This document shows positions 24,805-37,024 of a stretch of DNA of 64,000 nucleotides, piece after piece; positions within the stretch are counted from its first letter, which is position 1; every line of letters starts with the position of its first letter. Location: positions 2,380,378 to 2,444,377 of the forward strand of contig NC_068987.1 in assembly GCF_001194135.2 (NCBI RefSeq), read 5' to 3'. Origin of the DNA: Octopus bimaculoides. Its lineage: Eukaryota. The translations under genes and the position numbers were made by a program. Under the pieces are notes generated by a model, which did not search any database, was not told where the DNA came from, and saw only the letters and a list, made by a program, of their open reading frames with translations.

Positions 24805-25115
24805 ATTAAAGAAATATATAGCAAAGTGGGTTAACACAGAGAAACAGATCAACAAAGAGCAATATATGACAACGTGGGTCAGCGTAGAGAAATATATTTG
24901 AATATGGGATAAGAGAAAGATATATATGACAATGAGGGTTAACATCGGGCAATATGTGTTAATGTAGGGCAATATATGGCGACGTGGGTCAACAGAGAGC
25001 CATAGATGATAATATGGGTCAACAGAGAGAGATATATGGCGACAAAGGTGGGTGTAGAGCAATATACAACAATGTGGGGTAACATAACACATTATACAGT
25101 AATGTGGGCCAACAG
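24805..25115. repeat. Degenerate 30-bp minisatellite, consensus about GCAATATATGACAACGTGGGTCAACAGAGA, about 10 units
   Basis: Consecutive 30-nt units are visible; one unit is shortened to 20 nt. Confidence 0.85.
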
Positions 25116-25619
25116 ACAACCACTTAAATTCGATCGGAGCTGACAGCAGCCAAAATGAAATTAATGCCAAAAGATAGAATTAATTGTCTGAAATGTTATA
25201 AAGTTGTCGCAGAAACAGACAAATTCCACATGCAATATGTTTACCAAATATATTCCTGCAACTAGAACGAATCTTTAAAAATTTTTAAACATATACATTA
25301 TATAAACACACACATACACATATATACATACATCCATACGCATATATATATATATATCATGTATATATGTTGTGTATATGTGTTGCGTGTATGTTATACA
25401 CATGAAATAGGGTGTCACATTCCGTAAAATTTGGTAACCCTGCAGAGTATGTTTCTGTTATATTTTTGGCGTCTTTGATGAAAAATGATAATCTGCGACA
25501 AGAATTATGGTCCTGTTTGTTTGTTTGTTTGTTTGTTTATTTCTGAATTGAAACACTGAAGCAAGAAACAAGTAATCTATACATAGCATAGAGATAACAA
25601 CAACAACAACAACAACAAC

Positions 25620-25663
<44 letters not shown>

Positions 25664-25667
<4 letters not shown>

Positions 25668-25845
25668 CCTTTCTGCTAAAGGCACGAGGCCTGAAATTTG
25701 TGGGGAGAGGTCAAGTCGATTACATCGGTCCCAGCGCCCAACTGAGAAGAGTGAAAAACAGAGTCGCCCTCGGCAGGATTTGAACTCAACGACGTTAAGA
25801 TGTAGGAAATGCCCCTAATCATTTTGTCCGGCTTCCAAGCGATTC
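25664..25845 (-). mobile_element. SINE family B variant with (ATT)n tail, internally deleted
   Basis: TAATCCTTTCTGCTAAAGGCACGAGGCCTGAAATTTG...GTCGATTACATCG...GGATTTGAACTCA. The adjacent (AAT)n/(AAC)n tract at 25605-25666 is its 3' tail. Confidence 0.75.
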
Positions 25846-25846
25846 A

Positions 25847-26024
25847 TTTCTACTCTAAGCACAAAGCCTGAAAGTTTTGGGGAGGGGCCCAGGCGATTAG
25901 ATCGACCCCAGTACACCACTGGTGCTTATTTAATCGACCCCGAAAGAATGAAAGGCAAAGTCAACCTCGGCGGAATTTGAACTCAGAACTTAAAGATAGA
26001 TGAAATACCGCTAAGCATTTCGCC
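25847..26024 (-). mobile_element. SINE family B, 5'-truncated, abutting the previous copy
   Basis: ATCGACCCCGAAAGAATGAAAGGCAAAGTCAACCTCGGCGGAATTTGAACTCAGAAC...ATACCGCTAAGCATTTCGCC. Confidence 0.9.
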
Positions 26025-27186
26025 ATGTACATATGGATGTATATCTGTGTGTGTATATATACATGCATGTGTATATGTATATACAAATATATACATGCTT
26101 GTATTCATAAATGTGCGTGTGCGTGTATTTCCCCAGTCCGTGTAATTTAGGTCTGTATAATTGAAAAATATTTTAGCTCAATGAGATAGAGGCTGTAATC
26201 ATGGGTACAAGCATCTTACTAGGTGAGGATATATTTAGTCAGCAAACACGTATACATAGACAATGAAGCACACACACACACACACACATGCATATATACA
26301 TACATACATAACGAGAAATTAACACATAGTTGATGTGAACGATATTAATATATATATATATATATATANNNNNNNNNNGAGATATAGATAAGGATATCCA
26401 TGATAAAAGATAGGACACAGATAGATCTGGGAATAATAAATCAAACCAGTGGGAACCGTGGGTTGGGGAGCCGAGGATTCGAAACCGTAATCTGTTAATG
26501 ACTTAAGAATTCTACAGTTATTATCAAGGATTTTATCATATTTAATATCTCCATTTCTGTAATCCCAGCAACTAAAGTGGAACAATTCTTAAAGTTATGA
26601 CGTGAAGTATCATGACTGGATTTCATAACTTTACTATTTGCCATTTTAAGAGTTCTGATTAGAACTGTTAAAGATATTTTGTTAGAGATGACAACGGTTG
26701 CGAGCAAGGAGCTGTGGTTGATAATTGCAGGCATTTTAAGTGTTTTTGGTAGACGTACGAGCATGGAAGACAAGATGGCTGATAAGGATACAAATAGACG
26801 AGCGTTGAGTTTTCGTCTTCTTTTGTTTTTCTTCCGTTTCTTTGCTCTACGTCGGTAAACTCCTTATCCACATTTAGATAACAAAAGTCGGTGATTAATA
26901 AACATGTACAGTTTAAGAGAATGATATTACAACAAAATATGTTCTAACAGTTATTAATATGTAGAGTTCAAGAGAATTATGTTATACTAAATAAGTTTAT
27001 TATAACGTATAAGAAGCGATTAGATCATGTGATCATGTGATAGTTTGGTCATGCAACAGTGATCACGAGACACAGTTGGTGCTGTTTTTAGAGTCAGAAA
27101 CATCATAGGAAAAGTAGAAGATCAGCAAATATTTTGAGACGGCAATTTCAGAAATTTAAAAATTCTCTTCGGTACAATTTTGTTAG

Positions 27187-27226
<40 letters not shown>

Positions 27227-27228
<2 letters not shown>

Positions 27229-27330
27229 ATGTGTCGCAGATTCGAACACCGTACCTTCGCCGAACGACATTACTGGGTGTGTCCGTCTACTATATATTCG
27301 TATTGGACCAGCCCACTTTTCATCTGGGGG
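27227..27330 (+). repeat. Unclassified short interspersed repeat, family F (copy 1)
   Basis: TGATGTGTCGCAGATTCGAAC...ACTATATATTCGTATTGGACCAGCCCACTTTTCATCTGGGG matches 28132-28216. Confidence 0.7.
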
Positions 27331-27745
27331 CATCCACCACAACACTTCCCCATTTGAGATTTTTTTTTTCTAAACACACAGAATTATTATTATTATTATT
27401 ATTATTATTAGTCGACATTTCATCTGGAGTCTTTTCAAAGACTTGTTTAGTATTCTCAATCACAAAATGGCTTGCGTTTTCTTCTTAACCTTCTTAGCAA
27501 CTGGTTATTTTCAATTTCAACACGTGATATCTGCTTACATTTGAAATCTTCTTGCATGACTCGCCTTAAATGGCATTTTTTTTTTTTTTTTGTATCGTCG
27601 TAAATTCTTTTCTTGTACACAGAATTATTAAATCCTTCGCACTGATTTATTATTATTTTTTTTTAGTTCCACACAGAACCATAGTTTTTTTTTTCCAAAA
27701 TGCCCTCAGGAAGTACCAAGTCTAACGTTATTACCGGTAACGAAA

Positions 27746-27913
27746 ATTTCGTCTGTCTTTACGTTCTGAGTTCAAATTCTGCCGAGGTCGACTTTGCCTT
27801 TCATTCTTCGGGGTCGATAAATTAAGTACCAGTTGCGTAGTGGAGTCGATCTAAACGCCTGGCTCCCTCCCCAAAAATTTCGGACCTTGTGCCTAGTGTA
27901 GAAAAGATTATTA
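27746..27913 (+). mobile_element. SINE family B, 5'-truncated
   Basis: ATTTCGTCTGTCTTTACGTTCTGAGTTCAAATTCTGCCGAGGTCGAC...CCTAGTGTAGAAAAGATTATT is nearly identical to the reverse complement of 24153-24325. Confidence 0.93.
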
Positions 27914-28131
27914 CTGGTAGCACTACTACATATAGCAACCTGACATATAAATCCTTCAAACGGACTTCTTCTTATTATTATTTTTTCGTTCCACACAACC
28001 TTTTTTTTTTCTCGAATCTTTCTTCAATTTCACTGTGTGTATTTCACTTCCCAATGTGTATATTATTTTTGATTGTGTGTAGTTTTGTGTTAGTTCAAAT
28101 CCTACTTCGGAAACATTTTTCAAGTCGCCAC

Positions 28132-28216
28132 TGATGTATCGCAGGTTCGAACGACGTTCCTGGCTGTGTTAGTCCACTATACATTCGTACTGGACCAGCC
28201 CACTTCTCGTCTGGGG
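28132..28216 (+). repeat. Family F (copy 2)
   Basis: TGATGTATCGCAGGTTCGAACGACGTT...ACTATACATTCGTACTGGACCAGCCCACTTCTCGTCTGGGG. Confidence 0.7.
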
Positions 28217-29171
28217 AGGGATCTATAGATGATCGAGGTATGTCAAAGAGAAGCACCCAGCATTTATTGACTAGATAGAGTGACGCAAAACTAGCAGATA
28301 AGTATTTCCCTGTCATAGCAGGGAAGGAATCGATGAAGGAAAGGTCACTGTTGTTTGGTAATCCACAACTCCAATAGCATCCAAGAGTATCCAACGAGGA
28401 ATGGAACCTTAAATGAAACACATAACCAAAAAAAAAGAAAAAACACAGATGAATGGATTATCAGGTACTGTGACGCTTGTTTCTTTAAGAGTTTTTATTC
28501 TGACTTAACCATGGGAGGTTAAGTATGTTGTGTGCACAATATCTGTAAGTTTTCGTAATATGTTACGCAACCCTCAAATCATTAGTCTTATCGAATGAAC
28601 AAATTAGCAGTGATACGTTGGATTAATCAACAACTCATCAGTGAAATCTCTAATCAGGATTACCAACATTCAAGAAATGTAAAGTGGGTGGGACTATAAT
28701 CTGTCAATCACGAGTGTAGAAAGCAGAATGAGATTGCAAATTAAAGAATATTTAAAGGTATCCAAACGATATCCTTAAACTCAAAAACGTCGCTCATAAT
28801 TGTTGGCACTGGCGCAAACATGCTTCTTTTCCAGTAGACAACATGCGCCAGGTATGACGGTTGACCCTGTCAAAACATAATCTAAGACAAATGCCGACAT
28901 AGCTAAAAAAAACAAAAAAAAAAATTAAGTGTTTTGTATTGTTTATTGCACTAAGAGTGACAAGATTAATAAATTTTAGCGTTACTATTCATTTCAGCTT
29001 GATTAAGGTACTCCGATTAATTATTGCAGAACTAATGGAATATTAACGGAGAACCTGTGAATTATAATGCAGGGGAAACTACTTAAGTAAAACAGTTATA
29101 TACATATATATATTATATATATACATATATATATAGACATATATATACATATATATACATATACATATGTA

Positions 29172-29214
<43 letters not shown>

Positions 29215-29577
29215 TAGTATGGTAATGGTTTCGTTTTGCTGCCAAAAATGTACTTTGGAATGTATCGGTATACATTCATATTTATAATGCTTCGAGAAAT
29301 TTATCATGGATAAAAGTAAGTAAATATTTACTCCTCAAAATATGCTACCGGTTTCAATCGTTCTAGAAGGTGATTTTTTTCATAATATAAGAGGAACAGA
29401 AAACATTTTTAAATAAATTAAATTTAAATTAATCTTTCGTGATATTAGTTATGGAGGTACACATGTTATTCTTAAAAATTTCACAGTAATGGTTGTTGGC
29501 TTCCCTAAGAATTATACATGTATATATATGTGTGTATATGTGTGTATATATATGCATATACATACACACATGCACAC

Positions 29578-29608
<31 letters not shown>

Positions 29609-30026
29609 NNNNNNNNNNNNNNNNNNNNNNNNNNNNNNNNNNNNNNNNNNNNNNNNNNNNNNNNNNNNNNNNNNNNNNNNNNNNNNNNNNNNNNNNNNNN
29701 NNNNNNNNNNNNNNNNNNNNNNNNNNNNNNNNNNNNNNNNNNNNNNNNNNNNNNNNNNNNNNNNNNNNNNNNNNNNNNNNNNNNNNNNNNNNNNNNNNNN
29801 NNNNNNNNNNNNNNNNNNNNNNNNNNNNNNNNNNNNNNNNNNNNNNNNNNNNNNNNNNNNNNNNNNNNNNNNNNNNNNNNNNNNNNNNNNNNNNNNNNNN
29901 NNNNNNNNNNNNNNNNNNNNNNNNNNNNNNNNNNNNNNNNNNNNNNNNNNNNNNNNNNNNNNNNNNNNNNNNNNNNNNNNNNNNNNNNNNNNNNNNNNNN
30001 NNNNNNNNNNNNNNNNNNNNNNNNNN

Positions 30027-30072
<46 letters not shown>

Positions 30073-30375
30073 TCGACAGAACGAACATCAGAGAAAGAGC
30101 CACGCCCAGTATTTCTGAGAGAATCGGCAGAGAAGTGAGATAAGGATTACCGAATTAATATAAAGATTTAGATCGAGATAGAGGCTGTGTTTCTTTCAGG
30201 AAAACTCAATTAATCACCCTTGTTAATAATATATATTGTATGTCAGTTCGGAATGTCGTCCTTCTATCTGATACTCACCGTGATAATAGCAATAATAATG
30301 GCATTAATATTAACACCTACAACAGAAGTAGCGATAGCAATAATAATAATAACAACAATAATAACAATAACAATG

Positions 30376-30426
<51 letters not shown>

Positions 30427-30439
30427 GGCGATTTACGCA

Positions 30440-31012
30440 AGTAGAGACAACGCAATCAGAAGAATTACGCAAGAAAGGACTACACAATCAATTGCTTGTA
30501 GCCACAACAGAAGTTGCTGCAAAAAGTGGGATTGGCTGATGAGAGGAACCGAGAAAACTACACTGGCAGCACAAGACCACGAACTGGAGGGCCAACCTAT
30601 GGAATGGGCAAGTGTCTCCGCTGAGCCGCATTTGCAATAAAGTGGATGAAACCATTGCTCATATCACGACCGGACGATCGAATCTCCTAGACTTGCCCAA
30701 AACCACTACATGCTGAGGTAACACGACCAGGTAGAGAAGGTGCTACATTGGAAACTGTGGGGGAAATGAGAGGCAAAACGTGGTATAAGCACAAACCGCA
30801 GAAAGTGGCGGAGTCAGAGGCGAGCAAAATCCTCTGGGATTTCCCAATCCAAACAGATCAGGTGCTAGAGCATAACAAACCGGACCTAGTGGTGGTGGAC
30901 AAGGTGCACCACATGTGCTATATAGTTGATGCTGCATGGCCCTTTGACCCATGAATAGTCAAGAATGTAGGCGAAAAATAGATAAATACAATTCCTCTTA
31001 AGTACAAAATAG
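30440..31012 (+). mobile_element. RLE-type LINE (R4/Dong-like) zinc-knuckle plus restriction-like endonuclease region, decayed
   Basis: Across frameshifts: KGLHNQ...WDWLMRG..TLAAQD...SRICNKVDETIAHIT (degenerate CCHC knuckle)...HDQVEKVLHWKL...WYKHKPQKVAESEASKILWDFPIQTDQVLEHNKPDLVVVDKVHHMCYIVDAAWPFD (PD..D RLE motif)...EKIDKY. Confidence 0.88.
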
Positions 31013-32696
31013 CCCTGCGTCGTCATCTTTCAGGAGAATATAAATATGTGAGGGAGTAATATCTGCCTTTAGTCTGCTAACAAGTTTCATGTAGTTTTTT
31101 TTTATTATTAAACATAGAAATATTGCATCACCCTATGACCTAGCAGATTGAAGGTGATGCAATACTACACAAATTTACAGGAATATTTTTATATTTTTTC
31201 CTATTTTATCTAAAATTCAGCAAATGAATTGAATACAATTTTATCTATTTTATACCTGATAAATATCTAGGAAAAGGATATTTTATTCTGTTTAGAATGA
31301 CATGATTATTGTCTGAATTTAATTCGAGGGTCCAATGGAGCCATACGGTAATAATTGTATAAAGTGAAAATTTCTAGCTTTTATAAACATACGGAAAATT
31401 TCCTGTTTGACAAATAAAAAAGAGTCAAGAAAAACTAATAGTCACGAGAAATCAGAAAAATCAAATAACATAAAAACAGTAGGAAAAAGCAACTGAAACA
31501 GGTCGATTGGACCCGTTGGTAGGCAGAAGGTTAAGACGCTAATGGAAATTAACGGTTTCACGAAATATTTATGTACAAAAATAATTCTAAAAATGAAATT
31601 TAGAAATGGAATATACGTACCAATATTTCGAAGTCTTTGGCGGTTTTTCTAACATAACCCTGGAGGAACTCTATGAAAATGCGTGCGCTCACAATAAACA
31701 AAAGCGACGACAATAATAATAAGAAGAAGAAGAAAAAGAAGAATAATGATGATGATAATAAAAGGAAAATCAGAAGATTTTATTCTGAATTTTATGGTGA
31801 TGTCTTGTCTGTGTTTGTGTTGCATAAAACTTCGCGCTGTATTACTATACGTGTCCTGGAAATTCTTGTAGGAGCCGCTCTATTTTATGAAGGTGTCAAG
31901 TTATGGGTATTTCTATAGTTATGGCTCAGTTAATGATATGTTTTTATTATTCATAATATTTAGAGTTATTTCCAAAATGTTTATGAAGAACAACTCGTAA
32001 TTCCTTATACGTCTATTACCATAGTTTTTCTACTTCTCTCAGCGCAATATTTCATTAAGACCATAAAGTATTTAATGTTATAATTTTGATGACAATGTTT
32101 CATATTTCTATCGTTATTACTATTTATTTATTTATTTATTTCGCTTGCTGATTTCTGAACAAACGTGTTAGAATAAAGCGTCTCAAATTGTATCCACTAC
32201 AGTTCCTCACTCGAGAATTTGCTGCCAAAAGCAGAGGCTCTCAGCGGTTATTTCCTGTGAATATAATTTATTTTCACAGGACCTAAACACCTCAGCCCTA
32301 AGTGACATTAGCCATTTAGCTAATAATCGAATGAGACTGTCTGCAACTAGTAGCTTGGACTGCTAAAACTAACAACAAAACCTTCCTCACTTCGTATTCT
32401 ATTATTATTTTCTTTCATCTCTTCCTCTCTTCCTCGTCTTTCTCCGAAATTTCCTCGAGTCTCCGACGAAGGACTATGTCCGAAACGTTATACGTTCCTC
32501 TCAAAACTATGACTATTTAACTTTTTACCTTCCTCCTCTTCCAAACATCCGCTGCACTCTCATTGTTTCTTTGTGTTTGATTTTCTTTATACATGCATAT
32601 GCATGCACACACACACACACACGTATTGTTCTTGAGAATGAAAGCTGAGATAAGAATATCTTTGCTCATAGGGATAGAGATGTGTGTGTTGTGTGA

Positions 32697-32734
<38 letters not shown>

Positions 32735-33781
32735 NNNNNNNNNNNNNNNNNNNNNNNNNNNNNNNNNNNNNNNNNNNNNNNNNNNNNNNNNNNNNNNNNN
32801 NNNNNNNNNNNNNNNNNNNNNNNNNNNNNNNNNNNNNNNNNNNNNNNNNNNNNNNNNNNNNNNNNNNNNNNNNNNNNNNNNNNNNNNNNNNNNNNNNNNN
32901 NNNNNNNNNNNNNNNNNNNNNNNNNNNNNNNNNNNNNNNNNNNNNNNNNNNNNNNNNNNNNNNNNNNNNNNNNNNNNNNNNNNNNNNNNNNNNNNNNNNN
33001 NNNNNNNNNNNNNNNNNNNNNNNNNNNNNNNNNNNNNNNNNNNNNNNNNNNNNNNNNNNNNNNNNNNNNNNNNNNNNNNNNNNNNNNNNNNNNNNNNNNN
33101 NNNNNNNNNNNNNNNNNNNNNNNNNNNNNNNNNNNNNNNNNNNNNNNNNNNNNNNNNNNNNNNNNNNNNNNNNNNNNNNNNNNNNNNNNNNNNNNNNNNN
33201 NNNNNNNNNNNNNNNGTATATATATATTTGTGTATGTGTGTGTGTATGTATATATATATATATATGTATGTAGCATGTATGCATGTATGTATGCATGTAT
33301 GCATGTATGTATGTATATGTATGCATGTATGTATGTATATGTGTGTTTGTATGTATATGTGTGTTTGTGTGTATGTATGCATTTATGTATACGTGTGTTT
33401 GTATGTATTGTTTTTGAGAACGGTATTTGAGATGCGAATACCTTTGATCGTCGTGCTGTGCAATTCGATTTGATTCCAAGCTGAAAGACAGAAAAAAAAC
33501 AATCTGTTGGTAATTTACAAACATATGAAAGAGAAGCAAAAACAACTTTGGCTTCCAGACGAGAAAAAAAAACTGTTTTTAGTCAAGTTCAGACTTTAGT
33601 AAAGAAATAGCAAAACAAATTGAATCTCAAAATATTTTCATTTTAAAAAAAACAACGCCAAATATTTTCGAAACGTTGTTCTTCAAGATAACAGTGTTTT
33701 GTTGCCTGTACGGCTTCAGATTTTTAAATATACTTTCGTCATTGTTGTTGATGTTGTCATCGTCATTGTTGATGTCCTTGT

Positions 33782-33877
33782 TCTTCTTCTTCTTCTTCTT
33801 CTTCTTCTTCTTCTTCTTCTTCTTCTTCTTCTTCTTCTTCTTCTTCTTCTTCTTCTTCTTCTTCTTCTTCTTCTTCC
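33782..33877. repeat. Pure (CTT)n repeat followed by (CTA)/(CCA) blocks
   Basis: Directly visible. Confidence 0.97.
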
Positions 33878-33964
33878 AGTACTACTACTACTACTATGAT
33901 TGTTGCTATCACCACTACCACCACCATCATCACTACTACTGCTGCTGCTATTTCCTCTTCTTTA

Positions 33965-34140
33965 TCGTCTTTTTTGTTCTTGTTTAACCCCAGGTCGGCT
34001 TTGACTGTACAGTCCTATGATGAAAGACCTTCATCTGAAGACGGTGCTGTTTCATTACAGACACATCTTTCCCCATTTAAGGCACTCTGTCGTGATTTGA
34101 AGGTGGTTTCTCAGCTACTTTCCGTAATGAGTCACCGCAC
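33965..34140 (-). mobile_element. Interspersed repeat family E
   Basis: TTGTTTAACCCCAGGTCGGC...CCTATGATGAAAGAC...GTGATTTGAAGG is the reverse complement of the family E tail (AGGGCTGACCTGGGGTTAAATAA at 55286-55310). Another tail fragment lies at 35570-35639. Confidence 0.65.
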
Positions 34141-34499
34141 ATATTATTCATCGTTTGCTTTATTACATTCATAAAAGAATCTTGTTGTTGCTGTCGTTAC
34201 TGTAATTGTTCTTGTTACCGATTTTATTGCTGCTGTTGTATTGCTTCAGCACAGCCCAGAATGAGCAAACCTATCTTAAAAGATCACCACGTATGCATAC
34301 GCGCGCTTGTGTGTACTTGTTGTTTGTGCACATGTATGTCTACTTAATTATATGCGTACGTAACACTAAAGACGTTAACTCCAGTCTTATTGGAGTTATC
34401 CCCCTTGCGTGACACGAAATATATAAAAACAGAAGAGTATTTCTCAATTGCGCATAGATATATACGTATGCATTTGGATGTTTAGGTTCTTACCAAGGT

Positions 34500-34625
34500 G
34501 TTTGAAATCGACAAAATAAATACCAAACAGAAATAGATAGTCACTCTAGTCGACAAGAGTGAGAGAAATTTCCAAGCTGGTGCTGCAACATGGCCACTGT
34601 TCAGTGATGAAAACCAGAAAAAGAA
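34500..34625 (+). mobile_element. Degenerate 3' tail of SINE family A
   Basis: TCGACAAAATAAATACC...AGTCGAC...AAGCTGGTGCTGCAACATGGCCACTG...GAAAACCAGAAAAAGAAT. Confidence 0.45.
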
Positions 34626-35003
34626 TCAAAGAATATATGGATAAAAGGTTGGCTTTATTTAAATGATGAATTATCATCGATTTATCAATAAATTATAATG
34701 GAGGAGATAATGGTATTTCAATAAGGCAGCAAATATTGGAATAATTGCTCAAAGAAAAGAGGACTTCATTCAGTATATAGAAATGTCTTACAGACAACAA
34801 GAACAACAACAACAACGACGGCGACAGTTGCAGTACCAACAACAACAGCAACGCACTTTTATAAAAGACATTCTTACGAAAGATTCTCACTCGCAGACAT
34901 GACAAACTCTTAGATATATGAGACATTTGGAGTTTGTTTTGTTTAGGTAATGACAAATTGGTGCCAATTATACGTGATCTATTTCAGGTATGAGCGAATT
35001 GTA

Positions 35004-35057
<54 letters not shown>

Positions 35058-36229
35058 ATATATATATGTGTATGTATATGTATGTATATATATATATAAA
35101 TATATACATACAAACACGCACGCACACATATACTTATATACTTATATATACTTATATATACATACATATATATATGTATACATGAATACGCACACAGACA
35201 CACACACGCACGCACGCACATGTATATGTGTATATCTGTTCGCAGTCGTTTGTGTGTGAATGAAATTATCGTGTCTATAATTGGAACAGAATAATGCTGT
35301 TCCAATTTCGAGTAGTTTTGCAGAAGCGAAGAAAACAAAAAGTTTGTCTCAACAAGAATAACGATGTTAATAAGAAAATTGCCGAACACGCTACCACCAC
35401 CATTATCATTATCATCATCATCATCATCATCATCACTACCACCGCCACCGCCATCACTACCACTACTATAACCACCAGTACAACTAAACAAGAACAATAC
35501 AGGAGACTATAGAAATAAGTCTATTGTAAATGTTATTTATTCTGTAGGAATATCTCGAAAGCTGATGGTGTTGTTGTCGTTGTTGTTTAACACCAAGTAA
35601 ACCATGATCCAGTAGATTTGGGATCAAAGCTATTCCAGCNNNNNNNNNNNNNNNNNNNNNNNNNNNNNNNNNNNNNNNNNNNNNNNNNNNNNNNNNNNNN
35701 NNNNNNNNNNNNNNNNNNNNNNNNNNNNNNNNNNNNNNNNNNNNNNNNNNNNNNNNNNNNNNNNNNNNNNNNNNNNNNNNNNNNNNNNNNNNNNNNNNNN
35801 NNNNNNNNNNNNNNNNNNNNNNNNNNNNNNNNNNNNNNNNNNNNNNNNNNNNNNNNNNNNNNNNNNNNNNNNNNNNNNNNNNNNNNNNNNNNNNNNNNNN
35901 NNNNNNNNNNNNNNNNNNNNNNNNNNNNNNNNNNNNNNNNNNNNNNNNNNNNNNNNNNNNNNNNNNNNNNNNNNNNNNNNNNNNNNNNNNNNNNNNNNNN
36001 NNNNNNNNNNNNNNNNNNNNNNNNNNNNNNNNNNNNNNNNNNNNNNNNNNNNNNNNNNNNNNNNNNNNNNNNNNNNNNNNNNNNNNNNNNNNNNNNNNNN
36101 NNNNNNNNNNNNNNNNNNNNNNNNNNNNNNNNNNNNNNNNNNNNNNNNNNNNNNNNNNAAATTGTTAGGTGTTTACAAACGTGGACTCTTGTGATTTTCT
36201 CGCTTTTAAATAATCAGAAAAGACATTTC

Positions 36230-36296
<67 letters not shown>

Positions 36297-36921
36297 TATA
36301 TGTAAACATGCATATGTATGTGTATCTGTATTTATGTATGTATATATGTGTGTGTATGTGTGCATGTGTCTGTTTGCGCATGTATGTGTGTTATGTGTTG
36401 TTGTTTGTATGCTATCTAAGACGTTGTCGATGCGGTTGGTTAGCTCTATGGAGGCCCTCACTGAACAGACATATAAACCTGTGCAACCGAGCCATATTTC
36501 TACATGTCCGTTGCAGTACATTTTCGTATTTGTCCTTCACTCACATCTGGCTACTATTTCTAGCTAGTCGATCGGCAATATAAAATTTCTACGGAGTAGG
36601 GGACTTAACTCGAAATATTTAGATGGACGAACACAACAGCGAATAGCATATTCACGTTCGCACCTCCCGGAACATATTGACATAAATATGCACGTCATAG
36701 TTTCCACTCACATTGTTGCCCGTCCACACAACGATTTATTGTCGGTTAGCAGATATCTGAACGGGTCAGCAAAGAATTTGTTTCCTGAAATTATAAACAA
36801 GACCATCGACTCTTGTTAGATCCACTGGTCTGGGAAGGCTTCTGGCTAACACGACTCAACGATTTCGAAGCTCCTAATGTTAATGAAATGAATGTGTTAT
36901 GAACACATATTTGTCGTAGAA

Positions 36922-37024
36922 GAGTATAATATAAAGTAAAGTAAATATCATAAGATAAATATAATATAATATAATATAATATTATATTTATCTTATGATA
37001 TTTACTTTACTTTATATTATACTC
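36922..37024. repeat. Perfect AT-rich palindrome, 44-bp arms around an (ATAAT)3 spacer
   Basis: 36922-36965 GAGTATAATATAAAGTAAAGTAAATATCATAAGATAAATATAAT is the exact reverse complement of 36981-37024. Confidence 0.97.

Noticed and set aside
26495-26871. Overlapping minus-strand ORFs of 92 and 67 aa
   Set aside because: No recognisable motif and no splice signals.
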